Below are positions 62,443-64,000 of a stretch of 64,000 nucleotides of DNA, one piece after another (within the stretch, counting starts at the first letter, position 1; the number at the start of each line of letters is the position of its first letter). This DNA is from an uncultured bacterium (GTDB lineage Bacteria; Patescibacteriota; Minisyncoccia; UBA6257; 2-01-FULL-56-20): positions 559,317 to 623,316 of the forward strand of contig CAVOJZ010000002.1 of the NCBI GenBank assembly GCA_963696395.1, read 5' to 3'. The notes beneath the pieces are model-generated. The model was not told where the DNA came from. It worked only from the letters and a program-made list of their open reading frames with translations, and did no database searches. Made by a program: the position numbers and the translations under genes.

Positions 62443-64000
62443 ATGGAGAGAAGAAAAATATTTTTAACTGCGACCATTGGAATAGTGGCGGGCGTGGTTT
62501 TAATTTTTCGAATCGAGCCAGTGTACGCCGCTACCATCAATGCCTCTGACTGCACACCGGCAGCGATCCAAACTGCAATAGATTCTGCGAGTAATGGAGA
62601 TACGGTACAGGTTCCATCAGGTTCATGCACGTGGACGAGTGGTATTTCCATAAATAAACCCATTTACCTTATCGGTGCCGGTATCGGAAGTACGACCATC
62701 ACTGATAATACGGTAAGAAATTACACAGTTGTCCCCATCGACGTTAATTTCTCAAGCAATGGAACGGATTATGCGAGAATCAGCGGTTTTACTTTCTTGG
62801 ATGCGGCCGTCAATGGCGGTACCGGCGCGGACGACGGTTTTAACGGACTCATCACCGTCGAAGCCCTTGGAGGTTCAGGGACGCCGAGCGTACGCATCGA
62901 CCACATTTTTTTTAACGGTACGCAAAGGCGCTGCATCGTTTCATCGAACGACCGTGGCTTAATTGATCACGTAACGTTCAATTCGTGCTCAAATATGTTT
63001 GCAGCACCTGACCTTTCGTCGGCAAATGAATGGAAGCAGAATATTCCCATGGGTTCGTCGGACGCGTGGTTCATCGAGGATTCGACCTATAATTATTCAA
63101 GCGGCAATCCCGACTTAAACGATCAATGGAGCGGTTCACGGCTTGTCATCCGCCATGACACTTTCATTTCGTCGGGATCGTTCAATAGTGCCTTCTTGCA
63201 AAATCACGGATTCGACTCGGTGGACAGAAGCGGCATGTGGCGCGAGGTTTATGACAATACGTTTACGAACAATGGTACGAGTTCGGTTGGTTTGAGTCAG
63301 TTGCGAGGCGGAACTGGGGTTTTTTATGATAACGTCGCGAGTGGCAGTTTTTATATCGGCCTCGGACTTACGAATTACCGATCTTGCTCAGACTATAATT
63401 TATTTCCCGGGTATTGCAGTGGTGGAACGTACAACGGACTCGCGTGCAATGCTGGCGCCGGATGTGCCGCCGGGGGCGGTACATGCTATGCCGAGTTGTG
63501 CGATGGAACAAATCCTGCTGACGGTGACACGGTAGGCGGGCACGGCTATGCCTGCATCGACCAAATTGGAAGGACGGGCAATCAAGCTCTATCCCCGGTT
63601 TATGAATGGAATAATACATTGAATGGTAATGACCTAAATTTCACCGTTTACACCTGGGACAGCAATTGTTCCAACCAGACGTATCACATTCAGTCGGGAA
63701 GGGATTACTACAATGACACGCAAATGCCCGGATACGTTGCGTATACATATCCTCATCCATTGCAGGGCTCTGTTGACACCCAGCCTCCCACCGTCCCCAC
63801 AAACCTTGCCGTCACCGGAACCACAACCTCAACGATCAGCTTATCCTGGTCTCCCTCCACCGATAATGTAGGGGTTGCCGGCTACAAGATATATAGAGGA
63901 GGCACCCAGGTCGGTACGAGCACCCTTACAACCTATACCGACACCGGTCTTTCAGCCTCAACCACCTACAGCTATACCGTGAGTGCCTATGATGCCGCCG
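62443..64000 (+). CDS. large surface protein, paralog of the 57456 gene (3' partial, runs off window)
   Basis: Signal peptide MERRKIFLTATIGIVAGVVLIFRIEPVYA; DCTPAAIQTAIDSASNGDTVQVPSGSCTWTSGI mirrors module at ~aa 420 of upstream gene; FN3 at end; frame checked by hand to stay open to 64000. Confidence 0.7.
   Translation, partial: MERRKIFLTATIGIVAGVVLIFRIEPVYAATINASDCTPAAIQTAIDSASNGDTVQVPSGSCTWTSGISINKPIYLIGAGIGSTTITDNTVRNYTVVPIDVNFSSNGTDYARISGFTFLDAAVNGGTGADDGFNGLITVEALGGSGTPSVRIDHIFFNGTQRRCIVSSNDRGLIDHVTFNSCSNMFAAPDLSSANEWKQNIPMGSSDAWFIEDSTYNYSSGNPDLNDQWSGSRLVIRHDTFISSGSFNSAFLQNHGFDSVDRSGMWREVYDNTFTNNGTSSVGLSQLRGGTGVFYDNVASGSFYIGLGLTNYRSCSDYNLFPGYCSGGTYNGLACNAGAGCAAGGGTCYAELCDGTNPADGDTVGGHGYACIDQIGRTGNQALSPVYEWNNTLNGNDLNFTVYTWDSNCSNQTYHIQSGRDYYNDTQMPGYVAYTYPHPLQGSVDTQPPTVPTNLAVTGTTTSTISLSWSPSTDNVGVAGYKIYRGGTQVGTSTLTTYTDTGLSASTTYSYTVSAYDAA

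Overview
This 64-kb window looks like a Candidate Phyla Radiation (Patescibacteria)-type bacterial chromosome segment, with moderate GC and mostly + strand coding. Main content, 5' to 3':
- A nucleotide-metabolism block: ABC exporter, folA, thyA, a HIT-like gene, a dCMP-deaminase fusion, and dut further downstream.
- An ECF sigma/anti-sigma pair.
- A complete type IV pilus and competence locus: comFC, pilM-N-O, pilB, pilT, pilC, major pilin, pilD and three minor pilins.
- Several very large secreted or surface proteins built from Ig-like, FN3 and beta-helix modules. One carries an exact 285-bp tandem duplication, and one is 1657 aa with a poly-Gly linker and a C-terminal peptidoglycan-binding domain.
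- ligA, gatCA, a murD-like gene, a pheS-like gene with a C-terminal anticodon-binding-like domain, a CCA-adding enzyme, ftsW/rodA and mltG.
- Five tRNAs (Arg, Gly, Asp, Met, Pro), none with an encoded CCA.
- A 23S rRNA not preceded by 16S and followed by 5S. It is split by three group I introns, two of which encode single-motif LAGLIDADG homing endonucleases (one closely I-CreI-like). A separate two-motif LAGLIDADG gene abuts tRNA-Asp.

The most unusual region is a low-coding island at about 37.28-39.70 kb, with an outlier copy at 456-558, holding two families of GC-rich, hairpin-rich repeats:
- Family A has four copies: a conserved ~60-nt core enclosed by a 22-26 bp outer stem whose sequence differs but stays complementary in every copy.
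- Family B has two full copies and one short variant, ~130-190 nt, with GNRA-capped hairpins and a closing helix.
- Family A copies sit next to or inside family B copies, always just 3' of a GCAAC(A)-like motif.
I cannot match either family to a known RNA class from sequence alone. It is the best candidate here for an undescribed structured-RNA or miniature mobile-element system.
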